Assembly (NCBI RefSeq): GCF_018977255.1
Contig: NW_024704743.1
Coordinates: 82,276,001-82,340,000, forward strand
Reading direction: 5' to 3'
From: Callorhinchus milii
Lineage: Eukaryota
DNA: 64,000 nucleotides
Shown here piece after piece: positions 27,506 to 39,716 of the stretch. Under the pieces are notes generated by a model. It did not search any database. It saw only the letters and a list, made by a program, of their open reading frames with translations, and was not told the origin of the DNA. Every line of letters begins with the position of its first letter. Positions within the stretch are counted from its first letter, which is position 1. The position numbers were made by a program, and so were the translations under genes.

Positions 27506-27900
27506 AATAATAATGACCTCTGCTATGGCAGCTTTCATGTCAGGAGGACTTCCCAAAGCACTTCACAGAATATATTGTAAATTGCGATCGCTGTGGGTTT
27601 TCTGGGAAAATGAGGCAGCCAATTGTGCACGGCAGTGTCCCGCAAACAATCTTGAAACAAATGACCAATATTGTTTGGGGGATTGTTGGTCAGGACACTA
27701 GGAGAAGCTCCTTTCTCTTTCAAAGAATGCTATGGGATCTTTAACACCCAGATAGGATCTCAGTTTAATATCTCATTCTAAGGGAAGCACCACCAACAAT
27801 GCAGCACTCCCCAAGCATTGCACTGGAATATCAGCCTAGGATATGATTTTAAAGGCTCTATTTGGGCTTTGAACCCACAACCTTCTGACTGGAAGCCAGG
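27506..27900 (-). mobile_element. Deu-domain-type SINE
   Basis: Reverse complement of the same head, core and tail. Further decayed copies at about 1865-2225, 8740-9125, 10085-10330 and 12455-12670. Confidence 0.7.
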
Positions 27901-28194
27901 CTAACTTCTATGTGAGGAAAAACCTTGCTGATGTCACTTTCTGCATCCCATATATCTTCAGGAAATGCCACTGACATCAATTCATAAAGGAAGTGATGTC
28001 AGTTGACCATTCATTCATGCTTCATTTTAACTCTGCCTCCGAGATTCTGAACCCAGAGGAGTGCATACTAACTGGGTTGCCCTGTATTGTGCATCCATAG
28101 CCATGTTGTATTATGTCATATGCCTATATCAGTCCGGTGGTAATCATAAGTGAGGAATTTGCTTCTTAAAACGTACTGAGAGCACTGAAGCAAG

Positions 28195-28590
28195 AGACCA
28201 GATGGTGCACAGCACATTGAGGTTCTTTAACCTATGACATCAATTCAGCCCAAATTCATGGTAACATTAACCTTATTTCTCTGATGTCTGTGAAGTTGCT
28301 AAATAAAATAAATCCACATTGTTTTAATCCAGTTCAGTATGAGTGCACATTACAAAACTAAACATAGGTTTAGCTTGAAATAAGCTGTATCAAAGCAATG
28401 TATTCTCAAAGAGGTTACAAAGATCGCTGATGTGTGAAATGAAGATGTTGGGTCAAAGCAAGTTGGTTACAGTGCAAATAGTGCTTTACTCTGCATCTAA
28501 TCCATACCGTCTATCACCATTGAGCATGTAATTCATATGCAATTCAAAATGAGGGAAAGCGTGTACCATCATTGACATCCCTTTCCTAAA
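28195..28590 (+). mobile_element. Very old SINE relic (LF-SINE-like)
   Basis: Remote resemblance from memory (AATTCAGCCCA.., AATCCAGTTC..CACATTACAAAAC, GCTTTACTCTGCATCTAA); not alignable with certainty by eye. Confidence 0.3.
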
Positions 28591-28819
28591 TCATAACGGA
28601 TTCAAGGGCACATCGGAAGCTGATCAATTTCTGCAGTTTGGAGCTGACTTCAAATGCTCCTGACCAACAGGTGCAGTTCCAAATCCTAATGTGGTATTAA
28701 ATTGTCACCACAATTAAAAGTGTGGAATAAAGAGTCTTAATGACCTCTTTCACTCTATGTGAGTAGAGTTTTAATGTATTAAAATGCAATGCTCATGAAC
28801 TGTTATTCTTCTGTTGCAG

Positions 28820-31665
28820 ATAAAACTTTCTGATGTGGCCCAACATACCTGGTAGCTGGAGCTGATGGTGACTAAGAACTGAATTAACTAGAACCTGAGG
28901 TAGTGCTGGGCAAGCCACAGGTGGTTACATTTTGGTCTTCAAAAGCTTCAGGAAGGCCCCTAGCCTACTGCTTTGTTTACTTTCAAACCACTCATGGCTA
29001 GCAAACGGAAATCCACAACTCCTTGTATGGTTCGTGCCAGAGATGTGGTGGAGCAGGACCCTGATTTAGAGATGGATGGAAATGCAGATGAAGGGTCCCC
29101 ATATCAAGACTCTTCAATGTTGTCTAATGAAAGCTGGCCGGCCGATAATGGAATAAGTGCTGGTGATCAGGCTCCAGAGAACGCTGCCTTAGACAATCAA
29201 CAGTCCAAGAAACTAGAAGGGGGCTATGAATGTAAATACTGCACCTTTGAAACACAGGACTTGAATGAGTTTACAGAACATGTTGACAGTGCGCATCCAA
29301 ATGTTATCCTAAATCCATTTTACGTCTGTGCAGCGTGTACCTATACAACAAAAAGGTACGATACCTTCACTGATCACAATGGTAAATATCATCCAGGTGA
29401 AACCAACTTTAAGTTGAAGTTGATCAAACGCAACAATCAGACGATCCTTGAGCAAACTATTGAAGAGCCCATCAGTACAGATGGGAATACAGATAAGGCT
29501 GAAGCTCCCCCTGCTGGAATCTCAATAAGTAAAACTCCGATCATGAAGATGATCAAAAACAAAGTAGACAGTAAGAGAATAAATGTATTTCCGCGAGTGA
29601 AAGATGAATATGGAACTACGCATGACTGTAAACTGGAAGTGAATAGCAGTGGCCTTATCCACAGTATGAATAGGGGATTGGTTATTCCAGAGACTGTGAT
29701 TAAGGATGGAGTGCCTCATGTGATGCCATCTATACAGCCACCACCAAACATCAGTTTAATACCCAAAGTCATGATCCCCATGCATGGCTCGAAATACAAT
29801 GCTGCTATGGATGTGAACAAAAACCTAATAAATTCCTTCAACAAATTCCCTTATCCCACACAAGCTGAACTGTCTTGGCTAACATCTGTATCAAAGCATC
29901 CGGAAGAACAAATTAAAATGTGGTTCTCAACCCAGCGTCTTAAGCATGGCATCAGCTGGACTCCTGAGGAAGTTGAAGAGGCGAGGAAGATGATGTTTAA
30001 TGGCACCATTCAAACGCCAACAATCACTGTTGTACCAGCACAGGTGCCAACTTCTACCAAAAGCACACAGCAAGTTATTCAGACTGGGATGTCATGCCAG
30101 CTGGTTGGCCAAACAGGTATTGTATTGACACAAGTTCCGAATGGATCGGCAGTGTCTTGTTCTCCAATCACGTTGACTGTAGCTGGCAGTACAAATCAGT
30201 CTCAGAAACGCAATTTGCAAACTCAACATGTAACTCCAAATGCCAAACGCTCAAATGTTGTCCAGATTTGCCAACTCACACCACGGGGGAATTCAGTTCT
30301 GCTTTCTTCAGGAGGGACAGATGTAAGCACCAGTCGTAAAAAGACTAAGGCACAAATGGCAGAACTGAAGGCTAGTTTTGCTGGAAGCCAGTTCCCCGAG
30401 GATGATGAGGTGTTCAGGCTCATGCAGGTCACAAAACTCACGAGAGCAGAAATAAAGAAGTGGTTCAGTGATAACAGGTACCGAACACAAAAAGGCCTAG
30501 TTAGTCATACTGTTAATGAGCCACATGAATCTCCTTTAGCAAGTCACTCAAATCGGCGATCTGGATGGAATGCCTTCTCTGATTTTGCACCACAGAAATT
30601 CAAAGAGAAAACAACGGAACAACTAAAGATACTCGAAGAAAGTTTTCAGTATAGCTCCTTCCCAACAGACGAGGAGAAAGACAGACTAAGGATAGAGACC
30701 AAACTGACCAGAAGGGAGATAGACTCCTGGTTCTCTGAAAGAAGAAAGCTGAGAGACTCGCTGGAAGGAGCAATGCTAGAAGCAGACAAACTGCACCTTC
30801 TCACTCAGGATTTGAAACGAGAAAGTATAGGAGATGTAAAATCAGAAGGACAAGAACTAGCTGATGCTGCCCAAGTGAAGTCTTCCCATTCAGGTATGAG
30901 TTATCCATCCAAATCTGGAACTCCTCCGCCAAGTGCAGGATTACAGCATATTAAAACTGCCAGCCCAATTAACAAGACCCATAAGAAAACCCAGGAACAG
31001 CTACACATATTGAAGAGCGCATTTGTTCGCACACAGTGGCCAACAGTAGAGCAGTATGACAGTTTAGCAGTACAGAGCGGGCTGCCTAGAAATGAAATAG
31101 TACGTTGGTTTGGGGACAACAGATATGCAATTAAAAATGGCAATTTAAGGTGGCTTGACCAGTACCAAAGAGCAAATACAAAAGGTCATAATGGTCAGAA
31201 TAAGTTTAATGGCAGTGGAGTCAGTGAAAGAAGGGGAAGCAGAAAAGGACATAAAATGGCAGGTGGTTTGGGAGGAGTAACTCAGTGTACACATAGCCAA
31301 GCTGGTAAATCAGTCCTTTTTCAATATTACTTTCGACACAGGCAGCTAAGAGAGGAGGATCTTGATGAGCTGGTTTCAAAATCCAACATGAGCTATGAAC
31401 AGGTCAGGGACTGGTTTGCGGAAAAGCAAACGGAAGATGCCATGGATACGTCTGAGAGCAATAGCAGAGATGACCAGTTCAGTGATGAGGATGTCGAGGG
31501 GGAGGATGAAGAGTGGGGTGAAGTGGAGAACGTCAGTGAGAGAGATGAATATAGTGTCTCTGAATTCACAGAAAACTGGGCATACACATCACAAGAAGGC
31601 TCCACTGAGTTTAATGAACTGGATTCTGAAAGCATGTCTGCTGAAAATTCCAACATTTAGCCAAG
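28820..31665 (+). other. ZHX2: ZHX2 large coding exon (174-nt 5' UTR part, CDS, 5 nt of 3' UTR)
   Basis: Pyrimidine tract TGTTATTCTTCTGTTGCAG before 28820; GT donor at 31666, 5 nt after the TAG stop. Confidence 0.8.
28994..31660 (+). CDS. ZHX2: Zinc fingers and homeoboxes protein 2, complete single-exon CDS, 888 aa
   Basis: The ORF track starts at an upstream TTG; the first ATG (28994, context CTCATGG) gives MASKRKSTTPCMVR, the ZHX2 N-terminus. Two C2H2 fingers (YECKYC..H..H; YVCAAC..H..H), homeodomains (FNKFPYPTQAELSWL..WFSTQRLKHGISW; KKWFSDNR; IDSWFSERRK; IVRWFGDNRY; degenerate fifth VRDWFAEK) and an acidic tail. Acceptor TTGCAG ends at 28819; donor AAG|GTAAAG at 31665/31666. Confidence 0.96.
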   Translation: MASKRKSTTPCMVRARDVVEQDPDLEMDGNADEGSPYQDSSMLSNESWPADNGISAGDQAPENAALDNQQSKKLEGGYECKYCTFETQDLNEFTEHVDSAHPNVILNPFYVCAACTYTTKRYDTFTDHNGKYHPGETNFKLKLIKRNNQTILEQTIEEPISTDGNTDKAEAPPAGISISKTPIMKMIKNKVDSKRINVFPRVKDEYGTTHDCKLEVNSSGLIHSMNRGLVIPETVIKDGVPHVMPSIQPPPNISLIPKVMIPMHGSKYNAAMDVNKNLINSFNKFPYPTQAELSWLTSVSKHPEEQIKMWFSTQRLKHGISWTPEEVEEARKMMFNGTIQTPTITVVPAQVPTSTKSTQQVIQTGMSCQLVGQTGIVLTQVPNGSAVSCSPITLTVAGSTNQSQKRNLQTQHVTPNAKRSNVVQICQLTPRGNSVLLSSGGTDVSTSRKKTKAQMAELKASFAGSQFPEDDEVFRLMQVTKLTRAEIKKWFSDNRYRTQKGLVSHTVNEPHESPLASHSNRRSGWNAFSDFAPQKFKEKTTEQLKILEESFQYSSFPTDEEKDRLRIETKLTRREIDSWFSERRKLRDSLEGAMLEADKLHLLTQDLKRESIGDVKSEGQELADAAQVKSSHSGMSYPSKSGTPPPSAGLQHIKTASPINKTHKKTQEQLHILKSAFVRTQWPTVEQYDSLAVQSGLPRNEIVRWFGDNRYAIKNGNLRWLDQYQRANTKGHNGQNKFNGSGVSERRGSRKGHKMAGGLGGVTQCTHSQAGKSVLFQYYFRHRQLREEDLDELVSKSNMSYEQVRDWFAEKQTEDAMDTSESNSRDDQFSDEDVEGEDEEWGEVENVSERDEYSVSEFTENWAYTSQEGSTEFNELDSESMSAENSNI

Positions 31666-33090
31666 GTAAAGGACTTGCTGGTGGTTATTTTAGTTAATAT
31701 TTCATATATACCTTTCTCGCCCACCCCCACCCCACACACACACACTTCATCTCACTGACTCCTTGTTCAAAAGGGTGGCTTAAGACCGTGGACTGTAGGT
31801 ACGGTGGATGTCACTTTTCAGTTCACCAGGATGTTGTGGGTAGGGATAGAACCCAGGTTTTTCTGCTCTTTTTAAACCTGGCAGAACTGAGCAAATAAAA
31901 TCAGCCACCATATTAATCAACAACAAATTATATCTGTATAGCGCCTTTCACGTCAGGAAGACGTCTCAAGGCACTAGGATATTAAAATATCAGTGGAAAC
32001 TAGAATTCAAATGGGAGGGGGGGGGGGGAATGGGAGGGGCTTTTCGGCCAGAGGTTTTTTTTTCAATTACCGTAAAAGTACCATTGAAATAAAGGTTGTG
32101 TATTTTGTGTAACCTCTTTAAACCTTGGAGCTGCAGTGATATTGTGCAACAATGTTAAAATCTAATCACAGTTCCTATTTTGGGAATATTCAGGAAATAA
32201 TGGAAAATGAATGTTTTTGTTCAGTTAATAAATAGTTTTCTTTTGTTTTAAAAAAAAGTGGGCATCTATTCCCCCTCCATCAGCTGTGGCTCTCCAAACC
32301 CATTTTACCTGCATTATTCCAGAATTGCTTTAAGACATGGTTCGTCAGTATAGTTCCAACGACCAGATGAGTTTGGAACAGAGTAGAAAGGAGAAATGCA
32401 GTGCTGCTCTACATGAGTGATCTTAGCCTGCAGGCTGGCACAAATATGACTCTCGCTGCGTCTGGAGAGATCAGTAAGAAGTACCACTTCAGGCAGCAGA
32501 GGAACTCCTTTGCAGTGCTACTGCTTTGAAAGTTGTGCCTCCCATCAGCAGCACAGTTATAAGGTAAATTCAGCACTGGAGGGATCAGAGGTTTGACTTT
32601 TGCTGCATCTGATCTTGAAAGTGCTGGAGCTTGGCATCACCTTTCTCCAGCATGAGATCTCCCTTTCATAGTGAGCACCACAATTCACTTTTAATTTAAA
32701 AGAGGTCACATTTGCCTATGGATCAACTTGATAATTTTTATTGTGAAGTGCTTTGAAACGTCTCAAAGACGTGATAAGATGCTGTATGAAATGCAAGGGT
32801 TATTTTTTATTATTCATACCCCACTCCTCTGTTTTCCTGTTTTGCTCCGTTAATCGGTGGTCATGCCTTAAGGCACTTACGGCACAATGTCAGGAACTCT
32901 CTACCTCATCTCCTTTGTATCTCTTTAAATCCTCTTTGACAGTGGCTATGATCACTTCCTCCTTAGCCCTTGTTCGTGTCCAAACTTTCCACTGTGCATT
33001 GCTCCAAAACCCTATCCTGCATGAATGGCGCTATGTAAATGCAAATTGGTGTTGTAGCACATCCTCTTTGTTATTCAGCTTTTCCCGGAC

Positions 33091-33519
33091 TTACCTGGAC
33101 CAAACTCCATACCCACATCTCACCAGTTCTGGCCAGGCTCCACTGGCTCCCCAGCACCGAACGGATCGACTTCACGATCCTCACACTCGTGTTCAAATCC
33201 CTTCTTTCTCTGGCACCTCCCTATCTCTCCGACCTCCTCACTCCCAAATCCACCACCCGGCGCCTCCACTCGACTGCCACCGGCCTCTTGCTCGTCCCTC
33301 GCACCCTCTGCGCCACCATTGGAGGTCGCACTTTCAGCCACTACACCCCGAAACTCTTGAACACACTCCCTCAATCCCTCCGCTTTGCCCCATCTCTCCC
33401 CTTCCTCTTCAACCGTGCTTACAACCACCCCCCACCCTCCAGAGTCAAGCTCCGCCACTGTTAAGTGCTTTGATATGCTACCCTGCATGGAGGGCGCTAT
33501 ATAAGTGCATGTTGTTGTT
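33091..33519 (+). mobile_element. L2 LINE 3' fragment
   Basis: HISPVLARLHWLP..IDFTILTLVFKSL..LAPPYLSDLL; GTTGTTGTT tail. Confidence 0.85.
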
Positions 33520-34885
33520 TTCACAATGGTATCTGCATTCATTTTAGTTGTAAATTCCCCTCCACCCTTCCAACATCATCACTACCACCCCAAGGCTGTG
33601 ATAATTACATTTAAATTGTTAATTGCAAAGTAAATTGTTGCTTTGAGTTCACCTTTCCCCACAAGTTGGCTCACTCGTTGGGTTGACAAGATTGTAAAAT
33701 CAAGGGTATCTGGAATCTGAAATTCACAAGCACGACTTACACTTGATAGTTGATATTAATGGGAAGATTATTTGAGTAGCAGTGGGAGAAGGCTGAGCAG
33801 TAACTAACGTAGAAACAGAAATTGTCAGCACAGAATGAGGTCATTCAGCCAGTCTTATCTATGCCATTGCAATATGCTTTTCTAAGTTGCTCTTCATTAT
33901 TTAATCCCACTTTCCAGCTCTTTCCCCATATCACTTCATGTTTTACTGCTCAGGTACTTACCAAGTTCCTCCTTTGAATGGTACTATTGATCCAGCCTCA
34001 AAAGCCACTTAAGTGGCAATGAATTCCACACACTAACAACCTTCAGAGTGAATAAATCTCTGCTAAGCTCTTGCCTGTTTTGTTTGTTAATAATCCTGAG
34101 ATCATGCCCCTTTGTCAATGATTCATCCCCAAACTAAAGATTGTTTTCCCCCTATTTACCTCATCATGGCCCTTCACAATTGTATACTCTGTTAGGTCTC
34201 CTCTGGTCCTTCTTCTGCTCCAGTGTTGAAAAGGTCCTAATTTACCCAGCTTCTCTTTAAACCCATGTATCTCATTTCCAGTATACTGTTAGTGATTCTC
34301 CATCTCAATGAAATTCTTTTAGTGATTTCCTAGTGAAAAACTGACATTTTCTCCTTTATTGTAAAAAAAATCTTCTCATTAGTACAAGTTGGGTTTGAAG
34401 TATGGCTTTCTATTAGGGAAGAGGGTAAAATCAGGGTTCCTAGCTTTTCGTGTAGCTGCAGTGCACTCCATTGATCTAAGATGTTATTGCAGCTGATTTT
34501 CCTATCTGAGTTGTGTGTAATGTCAAATAACATTTATTTGAAATGACAAATTTTGCCCGTTAGATTATCTTTTTACATGTTGCTCTTCCAAAAAGCAATT
34601 TACCATTTTGGTGACGGTTTGGTCAGGTTAGACAGGTGGATTCCAGTTGATCAGGCATGGATTTTTAGAAGGTCCTAGGAATGTTCCAGGAATAGCTTGT
34701 CAATGTGAGGTATTAAACAGAGGCTGGATCTTTCCTCACAGTGAAAAAGAGAGGATGTTACAGGCTAGACCTATCTCTGCAGCCACTGTTGCATATTTTG
34801 ATTGCAGATTGGCATAGGCTTCAGATCACTCACCTACCAACTTTTTTTCTTTTGGTCAGCCTTGTGCGGAAACACATGCTTAAGA

Positions 34886-34936
34886 GTATCCAAACCAAAC
34901 TGAGAATTCCATGCATTCTCAGTTTGATTTGGATAC
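34886..34936. repeat. 22-bp inverted repeat (1 mismatch) with 7-nt loop
   Basis: GTATCCAAACCAAACTGAGAAT-tccatgc-ATTCTCAGTTTGATTTGGATAC. Confidence 0.93.
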
Positions 34937-36097
34937 ACATGTAAATTCCAGAGATAAATTGTTTGAATGGAATGTGCTCTCTCACTGGAAGGATGTATCC
35001 TGCTTACCTAATTCCTAAAAGTGTTAGGCACAGGTTGGCAAGTTCCAAGGTTTCCAACATCTGAAGGCAAAGAGTGGTGCAGGGAAATCAAAATCTCACT
35101 TCGTCCTTGAGCATGTAAAACCATTTTGTTCTTAAAATGTAAGTTTATGCAGAACTGTGGAAAATTCAAAAAAAGCTGTCTTAATTTGGAAAGCGAACCT
35201 TTTTAAGAACCAGAATAATGGTGTGCAAAGTAACCCTGAGTTTAAGAATTTTTCACGATCAATTTAAAATTTTAAGACATAATGATCTTGCAGGTAAAAA
35301 GACTAGGTAGAATTTCAGGCCTCTAGCATCAAATTGGGATATAGATTTGATTTTATGCATGATTACGTTTGAGCTCTTGAGTTCTTATAATCATTGAAAA
35401 GCAAGTTTCATGAGGCCAATGGGAGGTTACAAGGAAAACGTCCACTCCTTCTGCTCTTGATTTCCTGTTCCATTCTAAGGCTTAGAGAAAAGGTAGAAAC
35501 ACGTAATGTTTCTTGTTTTCTGTAAAGGAGAGAATGCTGCTCACACTGCTATTTGTCAGACAACGCTACCTCATCTGATACATTGGTCCTTTGGCCCCAT
35601 CCTACATCGTTACCCAGTTGCAGAATTTCATTTCAATTTGGAGCAAAAGATAGTCCTCTTATGATTATATCCACTGCCTTAAGTCCAAACTTACATCAAT
35701 GTATACAATCACTACATTGATCCAAGGGGGATTGACTTTCTCTTTGATTGGAGCAAACATTCAGAAAATTGAGTGAGTTATTTGTAGCTGATCATTCAGA
35801 ATTTTGTTCTGAAACCGCACTTAATGAACAGCTGGTGGAGTGCGTCAAGCAATAGGTCGCCATGATTATGTAGGTAAGGAACTGTCATTTTTTCTTCTAG
35901 TTTCAGCTTATCAAAACTCCAATAAATCATTTGTTTTAGTTTTAAGAAATTGCCATATGAGAATTCAGAATTGTCTCACGAATCACACAAAAAAATCTAC
36001 AAAACTAAATGTCAGTCTGTCCACTGCACAGTAGCTAAGTAAGCTTTACTGGTGCATTCCTGAGTGGAGATTATGTGTAAGGCAGTAGTTTTGGCTA

Positions 36098-37245
36098 ATC
36101 ATAGAATATTACAGCACAGAAGGAAGTAATTCGGCCCATCGTGCCTGTGCCAGCTCTTTGGTAGAGCTATCCAATCAACCCCACCCCCCTGTTCTTTCCC
36201 CATATTCTTGCAATTTTTTCCTTTTCAAGTACCTATCCAATTCCCTTTTGAAAGTTGTTATTAAAACTGTTTCCACCACGTTTTCAGGCAATGCATTCCA
36301 GTCTGAAACAACTTTTTGTGTAAACAATTCCTCCTCACCTCCCCTCTGTTTTCTTTGCCATTTATCTTAAATCTATGTCCTCTGGTTCCTAAAGTGCAGT
36401 GCTCAGAATTGGGCACAATACCCCAGCTGAGGCCTAGCCAATGACTTATAACGGTTTAATAATAATAATAGTTTCCGTGACCCTATCATTTCCACCCTCG
36501 CCCGACTCCACTGGCTTCCCATCACACAGAGGATACAGTTCAAGATCCTGGTCCTCACTTTCAAAGCCCTCCATGGTCTTGCTCCCCCCTATCTCTGCGA
36601 CCTCCTAACCACCTACCATCCTCTGCGCTCGCTCTGCTCAGCGGGCTCCGGCCTGCTTCACGTCCTCCACTTCGCCAGCCCACCATTGACAGCTGGGCCT
36701 TCAGCCACTCTACCCCCACCCTCTGGAACTCCATCACGCAGTGCATCCACCTCACCCCCTCCCTTGCCTCCTTCAAGACCTGTCTCAAGACCCTCTTCTT
36801 CAACCGTGCCTTTGGTCACCCTCCTGATCTCCACCCTCCCCGACCCCCAGCTCGGGTCCAAAACACTTGATTGTCCAGCACCTTAGGATGTCCTCCCAAT
36901 GTGAAAGACACTATACAAATGTAATTTTGTTGTTGTTGTTTAGCAGAACTTCCTCGCTTTTGTACTCTATGCCTCTATTTATAAATCCAAGGATCCCATA
37001 TGCTTTTTTAACAACTCTATCAACCTGTCCTGCCATCTGTGAACCTCCAGGTCTCTCTGCTCCTGAACCCTCTTTAAAACTAACATTTATTGTATTTTAC
37101 GTCTCCTCATTTTTCCTCCCAAAATGCATCATTTCACACTTCTCTGCATTAAACTTCATTTGTCATGTGTCTATCCAATTCACCAGTCTGTCTATGTCCT
37201 CCTACAGTTTATTACCATCCTCCTCACTGTTTACTATGTTCCAAT
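36098..37245 (-). mobile_element. CR1-type LINE fragment interrupted by an L2 insertion
   Basis: ATCATAGAAT tail at 36098; sequence breaks at ~36458 and resumes at 36941. Confidence 0.75.
36470..36940 (+). mobile_element. L2 LINE 3' fragment inserted into a CR1 fragment
   Basis: LARLHWLPI..IQFKILVLTFKALHGLAP.YL peptide and (TTG)n tail; CR1-like sequence resumes at 36941. Confidence 0.85.
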
Positions 37246-37445
37246 ATATTAATATTTGGTAGGTGCTACGGATAACTTGATCAGTAAATCTGTCCTTGAG
37301 GCTGGATTATCCACTTCTTCCCAAGAGGAACTTATTCCTCCTAGTATGACTACTTGGTCCATTTCTTGTGTTGGGTGAGATATAACATGAAGGAAAATAA
37401 GCACTCTTGAGATGCTGTCCCATGTGAAGGGTGCTATATAAACAG

Positions 37446-38115
37446 ATTAGAATGTATTAGAATATACAGCACAGAAACAGGCCATTCGGCACAACTGGTC
37501 TATGCCGTTGTTTATGCTCCACATGAGCCTCCTCCTGCCCTTCCTCAACTAAAGAGTCCAAATATGTTCAGCCTTTCCTGATAGGTATAACCTCTCAGTT
37601 CTTATTTCATCCTTGTGAATCTCCTTTGCACCCTCTCCAGTGCCTCTACATCCCTTCTATAATGTGGGGACCAGAACTGCACACAGTATTCTAAGTGTGG
37701 CCTAACCAAGGTTCTATAGAGGTTTACCATAACTTCCCTGCATTTCATTTCTTTCCCTCTAGAAATGAACCCCAATGTCTGGTTTGCTTTTTTAATGGCC
37801 TTATTAACCTGCGTTGCTACTTTTAGTGAATTGTGTATGTGTACCCCAAGGTTCCTTTACTCCTCTACCCCATTTAAGTTTTTATTTTCCAGGATGTATG
37901 TGACTTCCTTATTCCTTCTACCAAATTGTACCACCTAACACTTTTCTACATTGAAATGCATTTGCCTTTTAAATGCCCGTTCAGCAAGTTTATTAATGTC
38001 TTGCTGTAATTGTTGCAGTCCTCCTCTCTATTAACTGTTCCCCCCAATTTGGTGTCGTCTGCAAATTTTTAAATTGTGCTGCTGATTCCCAAGTCCAAAT
38101 CATTAATGTAGATTG
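37446..38115 (-). mobile_element. CR1-type LINE fragment (RT C-terminal region and 3' UTR)
   Basis: ATTAGAAT tail repeats; TTTGGTGTCGTCTGCAAATTT reads KFADDTK on the minus strand. Confidence 0.8.
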
Positions 38116-39716
38116 TTGATGTTACTTTGCCCTTTCAACAAAGCAGGTTGAGGGGTGAGCAGATAGAATCGTTAAAGTTAACAGAGCTTTTGATAGTAAA
38201 TTGGGAGAAATTATTTACATTGGTCAGTAAGACGGTGACTTGTGGATATCATTTGAGATAGATAGCAAATGGGTAGCAGTTAGATTTTTTNCACAAATAG
38301 TGATTAGCATATGTGTTGCCTTATCATGAGCAGTAGTTGAAACATAATCCATATTATCTTTCAAAAGGGAACTAGATAACTACCTAACAAGGAGTAAGCT
38401 ATAGGGCTGTGGGGAAAGGGCAGATAAGTGAGACAGAGAGGATTGCTTTTTAAAACAGCCAGCACAGGCCCCATGTCCAAATGACTGCCTGTCGTGTTGT
38501 GAATTTCCATGGTTTTAGCTGCCAATTGCATCATTCTTCAAACTCGAAGTACCCACCCGCTGCCCAGCTCCAGCCCCCCGCCACCCAGCTCCACCCCCTG
38601 CCACCACCCTCCAACTCCCAGCCGTGCTAAGTGTAGTGACTGTATATTTGTAGATGTAAGGCAGGATCACTCAATGCAAAGAATGTGGAAGATCCTACAA
38701 GGAAGGTAATCTCTCTGTACAGCAATTGAGCCGAACTCAGTGAAGTTGTGGTTAGCCTGGGCATTAATTCAGTTCCAAGCAGGACAGGAAATATCTGTCT
38801 CCTTGCCACACTACCATTTGATCTGGATAAAAATACAGGAACTCTTATGTGGAAAGTGGGGGGAGATGGGTGAAAACATGTCTCGCCCAGTAAATAATTA
38901 ATTCACTGACATATTGCCCACCTGCTCCTAGGTTATTTAAGTATCTCATGTTTATTTCACAGGCAACATTCATATTTGTTTCTCTCCATAGGAAACCAAA
39001 CAAGACAAATACACATTAAAAAGCGTCTGTCTGAAGAAAACTACCCTTTATATTGTCTATGACCTGAAGAGAGTAAGGAGAATTCGGCTGTGGCTCTGCA
39101 TTGTGCAGGACAGCACACAAGGAGGCAAAAATGAAGTACTGGCATCCTATACGAGCATCTGTCAGAGATCGAGAGATTAAATTATCCATAGTGCCAAAGT
39201 TTTACTACTGCAATCTAAAGGCTCTTTGTAAATAATTTTCTGTTTTTGAACAGATTTATACAATATAGGGATTTTGTTACATTTATAATTGGTGAGAGTT
39301 GACTTTGCAGATCAGGGTGTGTCCTTTGAGCCCCCCCACTACCACCCGTCGCCCCCCAACCCTTTTTGCTTTGATAGGTTTTAGTAACCACTACCAGATT
39401 CTTTTTTATTTTAATAGATTTCACACTCGCTAGTTTTTAAGAAAAAAAATCCAAATTCTCAACTGAAGGAGGCTGAGATACTGAATGACCAAAAACATGT
39501 TTGTGTCCAGTAAACATCTTTAGGTCTTTGTACAAAGGATGGAAAAATATTGAACAAGCACATTATTGATAGCAGCTTGACATTATAAGAAGCTACATTT
39601 AACTAATGCAGACTGATTTGCCCAGTCTTCAGCCACATAGAGGTCTACAATATTGACTTATTTATGTCAGTATAATTACCTATTTATATTTGCAGTCACT
39701 GTTTTCCTCCTGACAT

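Noticed and set aside
28973..28993. ORF-track start giving 895 aa
   Set aside because: It is a TTG; the conserved ZHX2 N-terminus begins at ATG 28994.
32753..33547. 264-aa ORF
   Set aside because: Chance frame across SINE and L2 tails; the L2-like peptide is in a different frame.
16244..38291. Single N bases at 16244 and 38291
   Set aside because: Assembly ambiguities next to homopolymer runs, not biology.
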